Origin: Chloroflexota bacterium
GTDB lineage: Bacteria; Chloroflexota; UBA6077; SHYK01
Length of the DNA: 64,000 bases
Direction of reading: 5' to 3'
Assembly: GCA_034666705.1 (NCBI GenBank)
Contig: JAXDLH010000288.1
Span: 7,432 to 71,431 of the forward strand
In this document: in pieces, positions 54,560 to 64,000 of the stretch
Position numbering within the stretch: position 1 is the first letter of the stretch
How the letters are laid out: every line of letters starts with the position of its first letter
Notes under the pieces: generated by a model
Databases searched by the model: none
What the model was told of the DNA's origin: nothing
The model's input: only the letters and a program-made list of their open reading frames with translations
Translations under genes and position numbers: made by a program

Positions 54560-55479
54560 CGTCGACAGCCGCGCGCACGCTCCGAGTGGGGACCCGCGGG
54601 AGCGCGCTGGCCCGCGCCCAGACCGGCCTGGTGCTCGCCGCCCTCCAGCGCGCTCACCCAGCCAGCGCGTTCGAGGTGCAGATCATCTCGACGCATGGCG
54701 ACGAGACCGCGGGACGCGACGACAGCCGACTCGACGGTCAGGGTGCATTCGTGCGGCGAATCGAGGCGGCGCTTCGTGCCAACGAGATCGACGTCGCGGT
54801 GCACAGCGCCAAGGACATGCCGTCCGCCGACCCCGAGGGTCTCGTAATCGGCGCCTTCCCGACGCGCGAAGACCCGCGGGACGCACTCATCACCACAACA
54901 GGGATGACTCTTGCAACCTTGCAGCCCGGGGCTGTCGTCGGCACCGGCAGCCCGCGACGACGCGCGCTGCTGCTCGATGAGCGCCCGGATATCATCGTAC
55001 GCCCGATTCGAGGCAACGTCGATACCCGCCTGCGACGCATTGGCCAGGGCGAGATCGCGGGCGTCGTGCTGGCGGCGGCGGGTCTGCGGCGGCTCGGTCG
55101 CGACCCGCAAGCACGGGAGATCTTCGAACCGACCAGATTCGTACCCGCGGTCGGCCAGGGCATCCTCGCCGTGCAGATACGCGCCGCTGACGAAATGGTC
55201 CTCAGGATGCTGAGCGCCATCGACGATCCAACGACGCGTGCCTGTGCCCTCGCCGAGCGCGGCGTAGCCCTCGCGTTCGGCGCCGGCTGCCAGACGCCCC
55301 TCGGCGCCTACGCCCGCCTCGAGAACGGCAGCATCACTCTCGATGCCTTTGTCGCACCGGACGACAGCGGCGCGCTGGTTCGCGCGCACCGGTCCGGCCC
55401 GATCGGCGATGCGGCGTCCCTGGGTCGCACCGTGGGCGAGGCACTGCGCGCAGCGCTCCGGGCGACGGGGGCGGCGTGA
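54556..55479 (+). CDS. hemC: hydroxymethylbilane synthase (porphobilinogen deaminase)
   Basis: RVGTRGSALA...RGNVDTRL signature. Confidence 0.9.
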   Translation: MTSTAARTLRVGTRGSALARAQTGLVLAALQRAHPASAFEVQIISTHGDETAGRDDSRLDGQGAFVRRIEAALRANEIDVAVHSAKDMPSADPEGLVIGAFPTREDPRDALITTTGMTLATLQPGAVVGTGSPRRRALLLDERPDIIVRPIRGNVDTRLRRIGQGEIAGVVLAAAGLRRLGRDPQAREIFEPTRFVPAVGQGILAVQIRAADEMVLRMLSAIDDPTTRACALAERGVALAFGAGCQTPLGAYARLENGSITLDAFVAPDDSGALVRAHRSGPIGDAASLGRTVGEALRAALRATGAA

Positions 55480-56270
55480 GCAGGTCACTCGTCGGCATCA
55501 CGGTGCTCGTAACTCGGCCACCGGACCAGGCATCACGGCTCGCGCAGGCGCTGCGTGCCGAAGGAGCGCGGGCGCTCGAGGTACCGGCGATCGCTATCGA
55601 GCCGCCAGAATCGTGGGAGGCTGCAGATTGGGCGATTGCGCATGGCGGCTACGATTGGGCGGTCTTCACCAGCGCGAACGGCGTGCGATTCTTTCTGGAC
55701 CGCCTCGCCACGACGCACAGTCCCAGCGATTGGTTCCGCGCCACCCGACTTGCCGCAATCGGCCCAGCCACGACGCGGGCGCTCGCCGATGCGGGCCTCA
55801 AGGTCGACCTCATGCCAGACGAATTCGTGGCCGAGGCGCTCGTGGCCTGCCTGCTCGACGCCGGTGATCTCACGGCACGCCGCATATTGCTCCCCCGGGG
55901 GAATATTGCGCGCGAGACGTTGAGCCGTGAGCTGCTGCGCGCTGGGGCTCTCGTAGACGCACCGGTCGTCTATCGCACCGTCTCGGCCCGGGCACCGGCA
56001 GGGCTGCGGGAGCAACTCGATGGTGGCGCGATTGACGCGGCCACGTTTACCTCGTCGTCGTCGGTGCGGGGGCTCCTCGAGATGATGGACAGCGACGTCG
56101 CTGCGCTGCGCCGACTCGCGATCGCCTGCATTGGCCCGGTCACCGCCGCCACGGTCCACGAGCTGGGACTCGAGCCTGCCATCATCGCCGAGACGGCCAC
56201 GATCGACGGTCTCGTGCGTGCGCTCTGTACCCACTACGCCACAGTTTCGGCCAGGGGAGATACGAAATGA
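55476..56270 (+). CDS. hemD: uroporphyrinogen-III synthase
   Basis: HemD-fold repeats (VLVTRP...AVFTSANGV). The GTG start overlaps the hemC stop. Confidence 0.8.
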   Translation: MSRSLVGITVLVTRPPDQASRLAQALRAEGARALEVPAIAIEPPESWEAADWAIAHGGYDWAVFTSANGVRFFLDRLATTHSPSDWFRATRLAAIGPATTRALADAGLKVDLMPDEFVAEALVACLLDAGDLTARRILLPRGNIARETLSRELLRAGALVDAPVVYRTVSARAPAGLREQLDGGAIDAATFTSSSSVRGLLEMMDSDVAALRRLAIACIGPVTAATVHELGLEPAIIAETATIDGLVRALCTHYATVSARGDTK

Positions 56271-57274
56271 TTGCGCAACAGGCGCCAACCGGCGCCGCGG
56301 CCTTCCCGATCGCTAGGCCACGTCGCCTGCGGCGAACCGCGGCCCTCCGCGCGCTGGTGCGGGAAACCGAGCTGCGGCCGACCGACTTTATCCTGCCGCT
56401 CTTCGTGGTCGAGGGGCGGGACGTACGAATGCCCGTGAGCTCGATGCCAGGGGTGTTCCAGTTGTCCATCGCGCACGCCGTCGCCGCAGCACGCGAGGCG
56501 CACGATTTGCACATCCCAGCAGTCATCCTGTTCGGAATCCCCGATGCGAAGGACGAACGGGGCAGCGGCGCATACGACCGCGACGGCATCGCCCAACGCG
56601 CGGTGCACGCCATCAAGGATGCGGTGCCTGAGCTGCTCGTTATCACGGACGTATGCCTCTGTGAGTACACGAGCCATGGCCACTGCGGGCTCGTGCAGAA
56701 CGGCGAGGTGCTGAACGATCCGACGCTCGAGCTGCTGGCGCAGACCGCGATTTCGCACGCCGAGGCTGGGGCAGACGTGGTGGCCCCGTCGGACATGATG
56801 GACGGCCGGGTAGCAGCAATCCGCGGCGGACTCGACGCCAGCGGACTGGCTGACATACCGGTCCTGGCGTACGCGGCGAAGTACGCCTCGTCGTTCTACG
56901 GCCCCTTCCGCGAAGCAGCCGAGTCGGCGCCCAAGTTTGGCGACCGCCGCGCGTACCAGATGGACGCGGCCAACGTGCGCGAGGCGCTGCACGAGGTGGC
57001 GCTCGACCTGCAAGAGGGCGCCGACATGGTTATGGTCAAGCCGGCTCTGGCATTTCTCGACGTGCTCGCCAAGGTCAGAGAGATGAGCCCGGTGCCGGTC
57101 GGCGCCTACAACGTGAGCGGTGAGTACGCGATGGTCAAGGCTGCGGCGGCGAATGGCTGGGTCGACGGCAACGCGATCATGCTGGAGATTTTGCACTCGA
57201 TCAAGCGCGCCGGCGCGGACTTCATCCTGACCTACCATGCCGTGGAGGCTGCCCGCCTCCTGGCCTGGTCATAG
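56267..57274 (+). CDS. hemB: porphobilinogen synthase (delta-aminolevulinic acid dehydratase)
   Basis: ARPRRLRR...[12 protein letters not shown]...active-site Lys region matches HemB. The Cys-rich zinc site [12 protein letters not shown] is present. Confidence 0.9.
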   Translation: MIAQQAPTGAAAFPIARPRRLRRTAALRALVRETELRPTDFILPLFVVEGRDVRMPVSSMPGVFQLSIAHAVAAAREAHDLHIPAVILFGIPDAKDERGSGAYDRDGIAQRAVHAIKDAVPELLVITDVCLCEYTSHGHCGLVQNGEVLNDPTLELLAQTAISHAEAGADVVAPSDMMDGRVAAIRGGLDASGLADIPVLAYAAKYASSFYGPFREAAESAPKFGDRRAYQMDAANVREALHEVALDLQEGADMVMVKPALAFLDVLAKVREMSPVPVGAYNVSGEYAMVKAAAANGWVDGNAIMLEILHSIKRAGADFILTYHAVEAARLLAWS

Positions 57275-57278
57275 CGGC

Positions 57279-58571
57279 GTGGACGGCGCGCGCTCCCGCC
57301 AACTCTTCGCCCGTGCCCTCGATCTCTTCCCCGGCGGCGTCAACAGCCCGGTCCGTGCGTTCCGCGCCGTCGGCGGCGAACCTCCATTCATCGAATCCGG
57401 CAGCGGCGCACGCGTCCGCGACGCGGACGGCCGTACGTATCTCGACTTCGTCAGCTCGTGGGGGCCGTTGATCCTCGGGCACGCGCACCCCGCGGTCGTC
57501 GCGGCGATCGAGGAGGCGGCGCGCCGTGGGACGACGTTCGGCGCGTCGACCGAGCGTGAAGTCGAGCTCGGCGAGCTGGTGCGCCTGGCTTTCCCATCAA
57601 TGGAGCGCATGCGATTCGTCTCGTCCGGAACCGAGGCCACCATGAGCGCGTTGCGCCTCGCGCGCGCCTTCACCGGGCGCTCCCTCGTGCTGAAGGTCGA
57701 CGGAGGCTACCACGGCCACAGCGACGCGCTGCTCGTGGCGGCAGGCTCGGGGCTGATGACGCTCGGCGTACCGGCCAGTGCGGGTGTGCCCGAAGCAGTG
57801 GCCGCTACGACGCTCAGCGTGCCCTACAACGACCTCGAGCTCGCCGAGCGTGCCTTTCGCGAGCACCAGGATGCAATCGCGGCGCTGATCGTCGAACCGG
57901 TCGCCGGCAACATGGGAGTCGTGCCACCACAGCCAGGCTTTCTGAGAGGGCTGCGCGAGCTGACGGAGCGCCGCGGCGCCCTGCTGGTCTTCGACGAGGT
58001 CATCACTGGCTTCCGAGTCGCGTGGGGTGGGGCGCAGCAGATGTACGGCGTTGTCCCCGACCTTACCTGCCTCGGCAAAATCATCGGCGGCGGCCTACCC
58101 GTCGGCGCGTACGGCGGCCGGCGCGAGATCATGGGACTGATCGCGCCCGAGGGGCCCGTCTACCAGGCGGGCACGCTCTCTGGGAACCCGCTCGCCATGG
58201 CTGCGGGCGCCGCGACGCTTCGCGAATTGCAGAAACCGGAAACCTACGAGCGCCTCGAGGCGCTCGGGGCCACGCTCGGAGATGGCATCGCCGCCGCGGC
58301 GGCTCGAGCCGAAATCCTCATACAGCTCCAGCGGGTCGGCTCGATGCTCACGCCGTTCTTCACGGATGCGCCCGTCACCGATTACGTCTCCGCGCAACGG
58401 GCGGATACACGCGCCTATGCCCGCCTCTTTGGTGGTGCGCTCGCTCGTGGCATCTACCCGCCACCGTCACAGTTCGAGGCGTGGTTCGTCTCGCTCGCGC
58501 ACACGGATGTCGACGTGGCGCAGGCCGTTCAGACCGTGGGCGCCGCGCTGGCTGAGGCCGCGTCGGACTGA
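57279..58571 (+). CDS. hemL: glutamate-1-semialdehyde 2,1-aminomutase
   Basis: LFPGGVNSPVRAF...FDEVITGFR match HemL. The start is taken at GTG 57279, 5 nt after the hemB stop; an upstream ATG at 57237 is the alternative. Confidence 0.85.
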   Translation: MDGARSRQLFARALDLFPGGVNSPVRAFRAVGGEPPFIESGSGARVRDADGRTYLDFVSSWGPLILGHAHPAVVAAIEEAARRGTTFGASTEREVELGELVRLAFPSMERMRFVSSGTEATMSALRLARAFTGRSLVLKVDGGYHGHSDALLVAAGSGLMTLGVPASAGVPEAVAATTLSVPYNDLELAERAFREHQDAIAALIVEPVAGNMGVVPPQPGFLRGLRELTERRGALLVFDEVITGFRVAWGGAQQMYGVVPDLTCLGKIIGGGLPVGAYGGRREIMGLIAPEGPVYQAGTLSGNPLAMAAGAATLRELQKPETYERLEALGATLGDGIAAAAARAEILIQLQRVGSMLTPFFTDAPVTDYVSAQRADTRAYARLFGGALARGIYPPPSQFEAWFVSLAHTDVDVAQAVQTVGAALAEAASD

Positions 58572-60469
58572 GCTCCGAGCTCGACGGCTGGTGGAACCCG
58601 CGCGATGCGATGGACGCGGACCACCCGCGCAATTCCCTTCAGCCGTACCTCCTGGGACTCGGCATCCAGCCGCTCACGCGCGAGTGTCTCTTCCACGCCT
58701 GGGTCCCACCGCGCGTCGTCGCTGATCACGATCTCGCCACCGTGCGCCTCGGATTCGACCCGCGCCGCAATGTTTACCGCGGTTCCAAAGTAGTCCAGGC
58801 GCCCATCGAGGTTTACTGCGAGGCATGCTCCCGCATGAATCCCCACTTTGAGCAATCGTGTCGGGTCGACCTCAGCAACCTGCAGCTCGAGGATACGCCG
58901 CTGCATGTCCGCGGCGGCCCGCAAGGCGAGCGGTACCGTCGGAAAGGCGGCCATCACGGCGTCGCCAATCGTCTTGATTTGCGCGCCGCCGTTACCTCGA
59001 ATCGACGCGTCGAGCAGCCGGAAGTGATCCTGCACGAGTCGGAAGGCGCGTGCCTGCCCAATCCGCTCGTACAGCTCTGTGGAGCCCGCCAGATCGGTAA
59101 AGAGCAGCGCCAGCCGCTCGATCCCGACCTGGAGCCCGGGCGCGAGCACTTCCGCCGAGAAGAGGTCACGGAATTCTTGAAGCGAGCTCACGATCGCCGC
59201 CGTCGCCGCCGTGTCGGACCAGAACCGCTCCTCCAGCGCCACAATGGCCGGCGTGTCGAGCCGGTTCACGATCCTCATCGCGACTGCGGCGCCGTCCACC
59301 TGCGCAAGGGGCGGCGCGATGCCAGCGCTTTCCACGGCGAACTCGGCCTGATCCGGTCCGCCCGCGTCCACCTCCAGAATGGCGGCGCCACGGCTCTGCG
59401 GTGAGCGAAGTCGGAACGCGGTCCCGGTGAGCGGCACCTGCCAGGTTAGGGCGGCGCCGGGCTCCAGCTCCGCCTGGGCGACCACATGGGGGATATTTTG
59501 CGGTCCACCGACGCAGAAGACGCCGACCGAGGTCGCCCGCACGGCTGACGAGACCTTGAAGCGCACTTCGACGAGGCGATCGAAGTTGGCATCAAAGGTG
59601 ATGTTGCAGGTCTCGCAGTGGGCCCGAAGCTCGAGATCCGCAAGCGTGCTGTACTCGGCTTTCGGGATTCGGCAATTGGGACAGAGCACATCCCACTTCA
59701 AATCCAGGAGCCCAACTGTCGTTGCCCGCAAGAAGCCGATCAGCGTCGTCTCGCGCGATACACCCCACGCATCGGCCAGCTCAAAGGGCCGCATGCTGGC
59801 GGTCTGCTCTTCCGGCGCCTCGGCGAGGTGCGCCCGCAGCCGCTCGACGACCACTCGTTCCGCTCCGCTGCCGATGAGCCGCGCCGTGAGCTCGTCGAGG
59901 CGGCGCGCATCGACACCTCCGCGCGGCGCGAGCTGCGGGAACGGCGAGGTGACTTTGCCGTTCAGGTATTCCTCGAAGATCTGACACTGTGCGAGGACAC
60001 GCGAGGTAGACGATGGACCGACCAGCCGCTTGGCCAGGATCCAGCCCAGGGGGTTGCGCGGGAGAATGTCCGCAAAGACGCGCACCTGGGTGGCTTGGCC
60101 GCCATCTTCGGGTATGAGCTCCACGCCGCCATCGAGGCTGGCGAGGGGACCGAGGCTGTACTCACGGAGCACACGATAGCGCTGAGGACGGACAAAGTCG
60201 AAGGCGTGCTCGGTCCAGCGGGCGAATGTGCGACCGAAGCGCCGAAACTCGCCGGTGACGACACTGCCGCCATCCGCGCGGGCAGCGTACGCGAACTCAA
60301 CATCCTGGAGTCCGATGACTCGGTTCATGAGCACGGTATTCGACACGAGCGGCCACAGCGCCTCGGGGGCGACGCCAAAGCGGCGGGTCGCTTCGAACCG
60401 CATCAGCTCCACAACATCTCCGCCAGCTTCAGTCGGTGTAGCGAGTGCGGTTGCGCGACTCGTCAGCAT
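58529..60469 (-). CDS. class III adenylate/guanylate cyclase with large N-terminal domain of unknown function
   Basis: C-terminal cyclase homology domain (LLFTDLAGSTELYE...IKTIGDAVMAAF...GIHAGACLAVN...FGTAVNIAARVE). The N-terminal ~400 aa contain two Cys pairs (CPNCR...CETC). The start may be the internal ATG at 60403, because 60469 overlaps ddl. Confidence 0.75.
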   Translation of the reverse strand: MLTSRATALATPTEAGGDVVELMRFEATRRFGVAPEALWPLVSNTVLMNRVIGLQDVEFAYAARADGGSVVTGEFRRFGRTFARWTEHAFDFVRPQRYRVLREYSLGPLASLDGGVELIPEDGGQATQVRVFADILPRNPLGWILAKRLVGPSSTSRVLAQCQIFEEYLNGKVTSPFPQLAPRGGVDARRLDELTARLIGSGAERVVVERLRAHLAEAPEEQTASMRPFELADAWGVSRETTLIGFLRATTVGLLDLKWDVLCPNCRIPKAEYSTLADLELRAHCETCNITFDANFDRLVEVRFKVSSAVRATSVGVFCVGGPQNIPHVVAQAELEPGAALTWQVPLTGTAFRLRSPQSRGAAILEVDAGGPDQAEFAVESAGIAPPLAQVDGAAVAMRIVNRLDTPAIVALEERFWSDTAATAAIVSSLQEFRDLFSAEVLAPGLQVGIERLALLFTDLAGSTELYERIGQARAFRLVQDHFRLLDASIRGNGGAQIKTIGDAVMAAFPTVPLALRAAADMQRRILELQVAEVDPTRLLKVGIHAGACLAVNLDGRLDYFGTAVNIAARVESEAHGGEIVISDDARWDPGVEETLARERLDAESQEVRLKGIARVVRVHRIARVPPAVELGAQSDAASASAAPTV

Positions 60470-61520
60470 GGCGCTCGACGGCCAGCTCGATCAGCCGGTC
60501 GATGAGCTGCGAGTATGGCACGCCGGACGCGGCCCAGAGGCGTGGGTACACGCTCATCTTCGTAAAGCCCGGGATCGTGTTGATCTCGTTGAGGTAGAGC
60601 TCGTCAGTCCCGCGATCCAGAAAGAAATCGACGCGCGCCATCCCTGCGGCGCCCACCGCCTTGAACGACTGAACGGCGAGACTCTGGACTCGCAGCATGG
60701 TCGCTGCATCCAGGTGGGCTGGAATGTCGAATTCTGTCTCGGCATCGGCGTATTTCGCTTCGTAGTCGTAATACTCGCGGTGCGGGATGACTTCGCCGAC
60801 GACGGACGCCGCCGGCTCATCGTTCCCGAGCACACCGCACTCGAGCTCGCGGGCATTGGCGGCCCGTTCGACCAGGATTCGGCTCCCGAACTCGGCGGCG
60901 AGGCTCAGCGCCGCCGGGAGCTCACGGGCCGAATGAACCTTCGAGATCCCCACACTCGACCCCAGAGCCGCGGGCTTGACGAAGCACGGGAAACCGAGGT
61001 TCTCGGCAACCTCGTCACACACCTCGTGCGGCGAGCGCTCCCAGTGAGCCCGGAGCACCTCCACGTGGTCGACGACCGGCAACCCATGCGCCTTGAATAC
61101 CGCCTTCATGGTGATCTTGTCCATCCCCACCGCCGACGCAAGGACGCCGGAACCCACGTACGGCAGGCTCGCGAGCTCGAAGAGTCCCTGCAGGCAGCCG
61201 TCCTCCCCGTATGTGCCGTGCACCAGGGGGAATACCACGTCAACTTGCCCGCCGAGCGACGCCAGGTCGCCGTTGTTTCGCTCGGTGCGTACCAGCTCGC
61301 GGCTCGAAGGCTCTGCCGTCGGCAGGATGCGCGGGCGGGTCTGCTGCCCCCCGGCGAGCAGGGCGTCTGGCTCCGCGGCCAGCCAGGCCCCCTCGTGGGT
61401 GATGGCTACCGGCACTACGTCGTGCTTCGTGCGGTCGATGGCTGCGATGACCGAGCGCGCTGACTCGACGGATACCTCATGCTCGCCGGACCGGCCGCCG
61501 TACACGATGGCCACTCGCAT
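60429..61520 (-). CDS. ddl: D-alanine--D-alanine ligase
   Basis: MRVAIVYGGRSGEHEVS...HGTYGEDGCLQGLFEL...the ATP-grasp motifs match Ddl. Confidence 0.9.
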   Translation of the reverse strand: MRVAIVYGGRSGEHEVSVESARSVIAAIDRTKHDVVPVAITHEGAWLAAEPDALLAGGQQTRPRILPTAEPSSRELVRTERNNGDLASLGGQVDVVFPLVHGTYGEDGCLQGLFELASLPYVGSGVLASAVGMDKITMKAVFKAHGLPVVDHVEVLRAHWERSPHEVCDEVAENLGFPCFVKPAALGSSVGISKVHSARELPAALSLAAEFGSRILVERAANARELECGVLGNDEPAASVVGEVIPHREYYDYEAKYADAETEFDIPAHLDAATMLRVQSLAVQSFKAVGAAGMARVDFFLDRGTDELYLNEINTIPGFTKMSVYPRLWAASGVPYSQLIDRLIELAVERHADESRNRTRYTD

Positions 61521-61722
61521 CCGCCTCGCGGTCACACTCGTACCTCAGGTACCTGATTCAGAGGGGAAGGCTACCAGCAGTATAGAGCCCGCCGGGACTC
61601 CCGAGGCGCTGTTATCCACCGGGAATCGCCCGCCGGGCATGTACAATCAGTGAAATTCTGTAGTAACGCATGGCGCGAGCGGTTCCTGCACGATTGCTCG
61701 GCGGCGAAGGAGGTCCCTTAGA

Positions 61723-62259
61723 GTGATCGGTCGAGTCATGCGGCGTGCGGTCGGGCGGCTGGTTCTTGCCGCACTGCACCGGGGCACGCTGCTCATCATC
61801 ACCTTCGTCGTGGCGCTTGGCGTCGTCGGCTCGCTGCTGTTCACCTCAGGACGGGTCGCGCTGCCGAATCCTGCTGGCACCGTCGGTGGAGGCAACGCCA
61901 GCAACGGGCCCGCCGAGGCCCAGCGCGCCAACGGCGAGCCTGATGCAACGTACAACTACCTCCGCGGCAACCAGACCTTCGATGCGAAACTGATGTGGAC
62001 CGCGTATAGCGACCGTTTCACGCGCTCCCTCCAGCAGAGTGGCGTGACGATGGATTCGCTGCAGGCTCAGCTCGATCAGAGCCGGCAACGCGGCCGGCAG
62101 GTCCTGAAGACGCAATACATCGGCTCGTACCCCATCGCAAATGGCTCGAGCATGCATTTCTATGTCGTGACGGAGACCGCCTTCACGCGAGGGCCGGTTC
62201 AGTATGTCCCCTACACGTTTACGCTCGATTCGAGCGGCAAGATCGTGCGGACGGAATAG
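61723..62259 (+). CDS. hypothetical membrane-anchored/secreted protein
   Basis: N-terminal hydrophobic helix and a ~140-aa soluble domain with no family recognised. GTG start with GGAGG upstream. Confidence 0.35.
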   Translation: MIGRVMRRAVGRLVLAALHRGTLLIITFVVALGVVGSLLFTSGRVALPNPAGTVGGGNASNGPAEAQRANGEPDATYNYLRGNQTFDAKLMWTAYSDRFTRSLQQSGVTMDSLQAQLDQSRQRGRQVLKTQYIGSYPIANGSSMHFYVVTETAFTRGPVQYVPYTFTLDSSGKIVRTE

Positions 62260-62272
62260 GCAGGAGAACATC

Positions 62273-64000
62273 GTGGAGAAAACTGTATCCAGTGAGAGCT
62301 ATGACGAGCTCGACAAGAAGATCGACAGTGCGCTCGATCGCGTCGGCAAGTTCCTCGGCTTTTGGCTCCGCTTAGCTCTCGTCCTCGGTGCATTGGTGTG
62401 GGTCATGTATTACGCACCATTCGCCGACGCGATACGACTGCCGCTCTTCGACGGCGTTTTGCAGATCAAGGACAATTGGTTCACCTATGTGTTCCAACTT
62501 TTCTTTGCGATTTTATTCATGATCGTGCAGTTCGGTGCGCTATTCTGGTTCCTCGGCCGGGCTCGGGTCTACTGGATGATGCCGGGAGAGATCGGCTTCG
62601 GATTCAAGGACTACAAGGGCAACCCTGAGATTCTGGGCCTCGCCTGGCGGATCGTCACGCTGCTGAAGGGGGTCAAGCACTTCAAGGATATGGGCGGCGA
62701 GACCCATCGCGGCCTGCTCATGGTAGGGCCGCCCGGCACCGGCAAGTCCTACCTCGCGCAGTGTATCGCCACCGAGGCCGGGGTACCGTTCGCCTACGCA
62801 AGCGCGCCGAGCTTCCAGAACATGTTCATGGGCATCGGCAACGTACGGGTCATGATGCTGTTCGGAAAGGCGCGCAAGCTGGCGCGAAAATATGGCGCCT
62901 GCATCATCTTCATCGACGAGATCGATGCCATTGGCGCCTCGCGCGGCGCTCAGTCCGGAGGGGCGCCGATGGGCTTGCTCGGGGGCATGATGGGTGGTGG
63001 CAGTGGCTTGCTCAACGAGCTGCTCATGCAAATGGACCCGCCGCCCATGGACCAGAGCATGCGGGCGCGGCTCCTTCGCAGCATGGGTCTCCGCGCGAAG
63101 CCCGCAGAGCGCCCATCGGTCCTCACGATGGGCGCGACGAACCTTCCGCAGATCCTGGACCCGGCACTCTTGCGGCCGGGCCGTTTCGACTGGAAGATCA
63201 CGATCGACAACCCTGACTTCGATGGCCGCAAGGAGATCCTCGAGTACTACCTCAACAAGGTCAAGCACGCTCCCGAGCTTTCGGTCGACCGAATGGCGCT
63301 CGATACGATTGGCTACACACCGGTAGCCATTAAATACATCGTCAATGAGGCCGTGGTCGTGGCCCATTTCGAGGACCGGGACGCCGTCGAGTACAGGGAC
63401 CTCCAGTTGGCAATGGAGATGTACGAGACGGGACTTCGGCAGCCGATCAATAGTATGAACTGGGAGGAACGCCGCCGCATCGCCTACCACGAGGCTGGCC
63501 ACGCGATCGCCCAGGTCAAGGTCATGCCGAAGGAGCGCATCGTCCAGCTTACGATCATTCGGCACGGCGGTGCGCTCGGCTACATGATGCCGAAGCCCAT
63601 CGAAGAGGTCTGGGGCTACAGCGTCGACGAATTGCTGTCCGATATCCAGGTCTGTCTCGCCGGCAAGGCTGCCGAGCAGGTGTATCTGGGCACCGAGTTC
63701 ACGGGCGCCACGAGCGATCTGCAGAAGGCAACGGCGATCGCCGGCGCGATAATCGGCGTCTACGGTATGCACGGCACGCTGTACACATATCCCGGCATTC
63801 CGGCGAACGGCCCAGATCCCAAGGAAAAGCGCGAGATCGAGAAGCTGCTCGACGAGCAATTCACGCGGGTGAAGAGTCTCTTAGCCGAGTACCGAGAGGC
63901 CGCCGACGAATTGGTCGACCGGTTGCTCGAATCCGGAAACCTCACCGGCGATGAAGTCATCGAGATCATTCGCCACTTCGAGGAGCGAAGGTACGGTCAG
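62273..64000 (+). CDS. ftsH: FtsH-family AAA+ zinc metalloprotease (partial; continues beyond window end)
   Basis: Open frame from GTG 62273 (AGGAGAA upstream) to the window end, not in the ORF track because it has no stop. Two N-terminal transmembrane helices, Walker A GPPGTGKS, Walker B IIFIDEIDAIG and the zinc motif HEAGHA. Confidence 0.8.
   Translation, partial: MEKTVSSESYDELDKKIDSALDRVGKFLGFWLRLALVLGALVWVMYYAPFADAIRLPLFDGVLQIKDNWFTYVFQLFFAILFMIVQFGALFWFLGRARVYWMMPGEIGFGFKDYKGNPEILGLAWRIVTLLKGVKHFKDMGGETHRGLLMVGPPGTGKSYLAQCIATEAGVPFAYASAPSFQNMFMGIGNVRVMMLFGKARKLARKYGACIIFIDEIDAIGASRGAQSGGAPMGLLGGMMGGGSGLLNELLMQMDPPPMDQSMRARLLRSMGLRAKPAERPSVLTMGATNLPQILDPALLRPGRFDWKITIDNPDFDGRKEILEYYLNKVKHAPELSVDRMALDTIGYTPVAIKYIVNEAVVVAHFEDRDAVEYRDLQLAMEMYETGLRQPINSMNWEERRRIAYHEAGHAIAQVKVMPKERIVQLTIIRHGGALGYMMPKPIEEVWGYSVDELLSDIQVCLAGKAAEQVYLGTEFTGATSDLQKATAIAGAIIGVYGMHGTLYTYPGIPANGPDPKEKREIEKLLDEQFTRVKSLLAEYREAADELVDRLLESGNLTGDEVIEIIRHFEERRYGQ

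Noticed and set aside
62540-63859. 439-aa minus-strand ORF opposite the ftsH-like gene
   Set aside because: The plus strand encodes unmistakable Walker A/B and HEAGH motifs, so the minus ORF is a shadow.

Overview
This is a high-GC (roughly two-thirds G+C by eye) bacterial chromosomal segment, densely packed with genes, many of them overlapping by 4 bp (ATGA/GTGA) in a way that suggests translational coupling. The taxon could not be determined from the sequence. I saw no CRISPR array, transposase or integrase. The window holds the following gene blocks, from start to end:
- a partial SufB/D-like gene that runs off the 5' edge
- a divergent catabolic pair: a bifunctional class II aldolase/short-chain dehydrogenase, and pruA, suhB and pmbA-tldD on the opposite strand
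- rpsF-ssb-rpsR
- tRNA-Leu(UAA) and RNase P RNA (rnpB)
- guaB, ctpA, a cell-wall amidase and a universal stress protein
- trmI
- the polyamine genes speH-speE-speB
- MFS and SLC13 transporters
- a gas-vesicle operon (gvpF-G-L-[J/K fusion]-J-A) followed directly, on the same strand, by a GAF/PAS histidine kinase and a receiver-histidine-kinase hybrid
- a shikimate-pathway operon (DAHP synthase-aroE-aroK/B fusion-aroQ), preceded by a promoter, an aromatic-rich leader peptide and a terminator hairpin
- an NYN/LOTUS protein
- an exopolysaccharide locus: GT4, WbaP-like, GT4, two Wzz, a BY-kinase, rmlA and rmlB
- purA
- a glycogen-debranching-type enzyme
- a MurG-like GT28 glycosyltransferase
- a MerR-like regulator coupled to hemA-hemC-hemD-hemB-hemL
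- a class III nucleotide cyclase
- ddl
- a partial FtsH-like protease that runs off the 3' edge

The observations most worth a second look are:
- the Phe/Tyr/Trp-rich leader-peptide attenuator in front of the aro operon
- three genes (rpsF, trmI, speB) whose conserved N-termini are only reachable from in-frame CTG codons that have a good Shine-Dalgarno sequence
- a gvp cluster that lacks gvpN in the window, contains a GvpA-family/GvpK fusion, and is flanked by sensor kinases
- a terminator-like hairpin inside the guaB leader

All calls come from reading the sequence and the translated ORFs and from recall of protein families. No database search was run.
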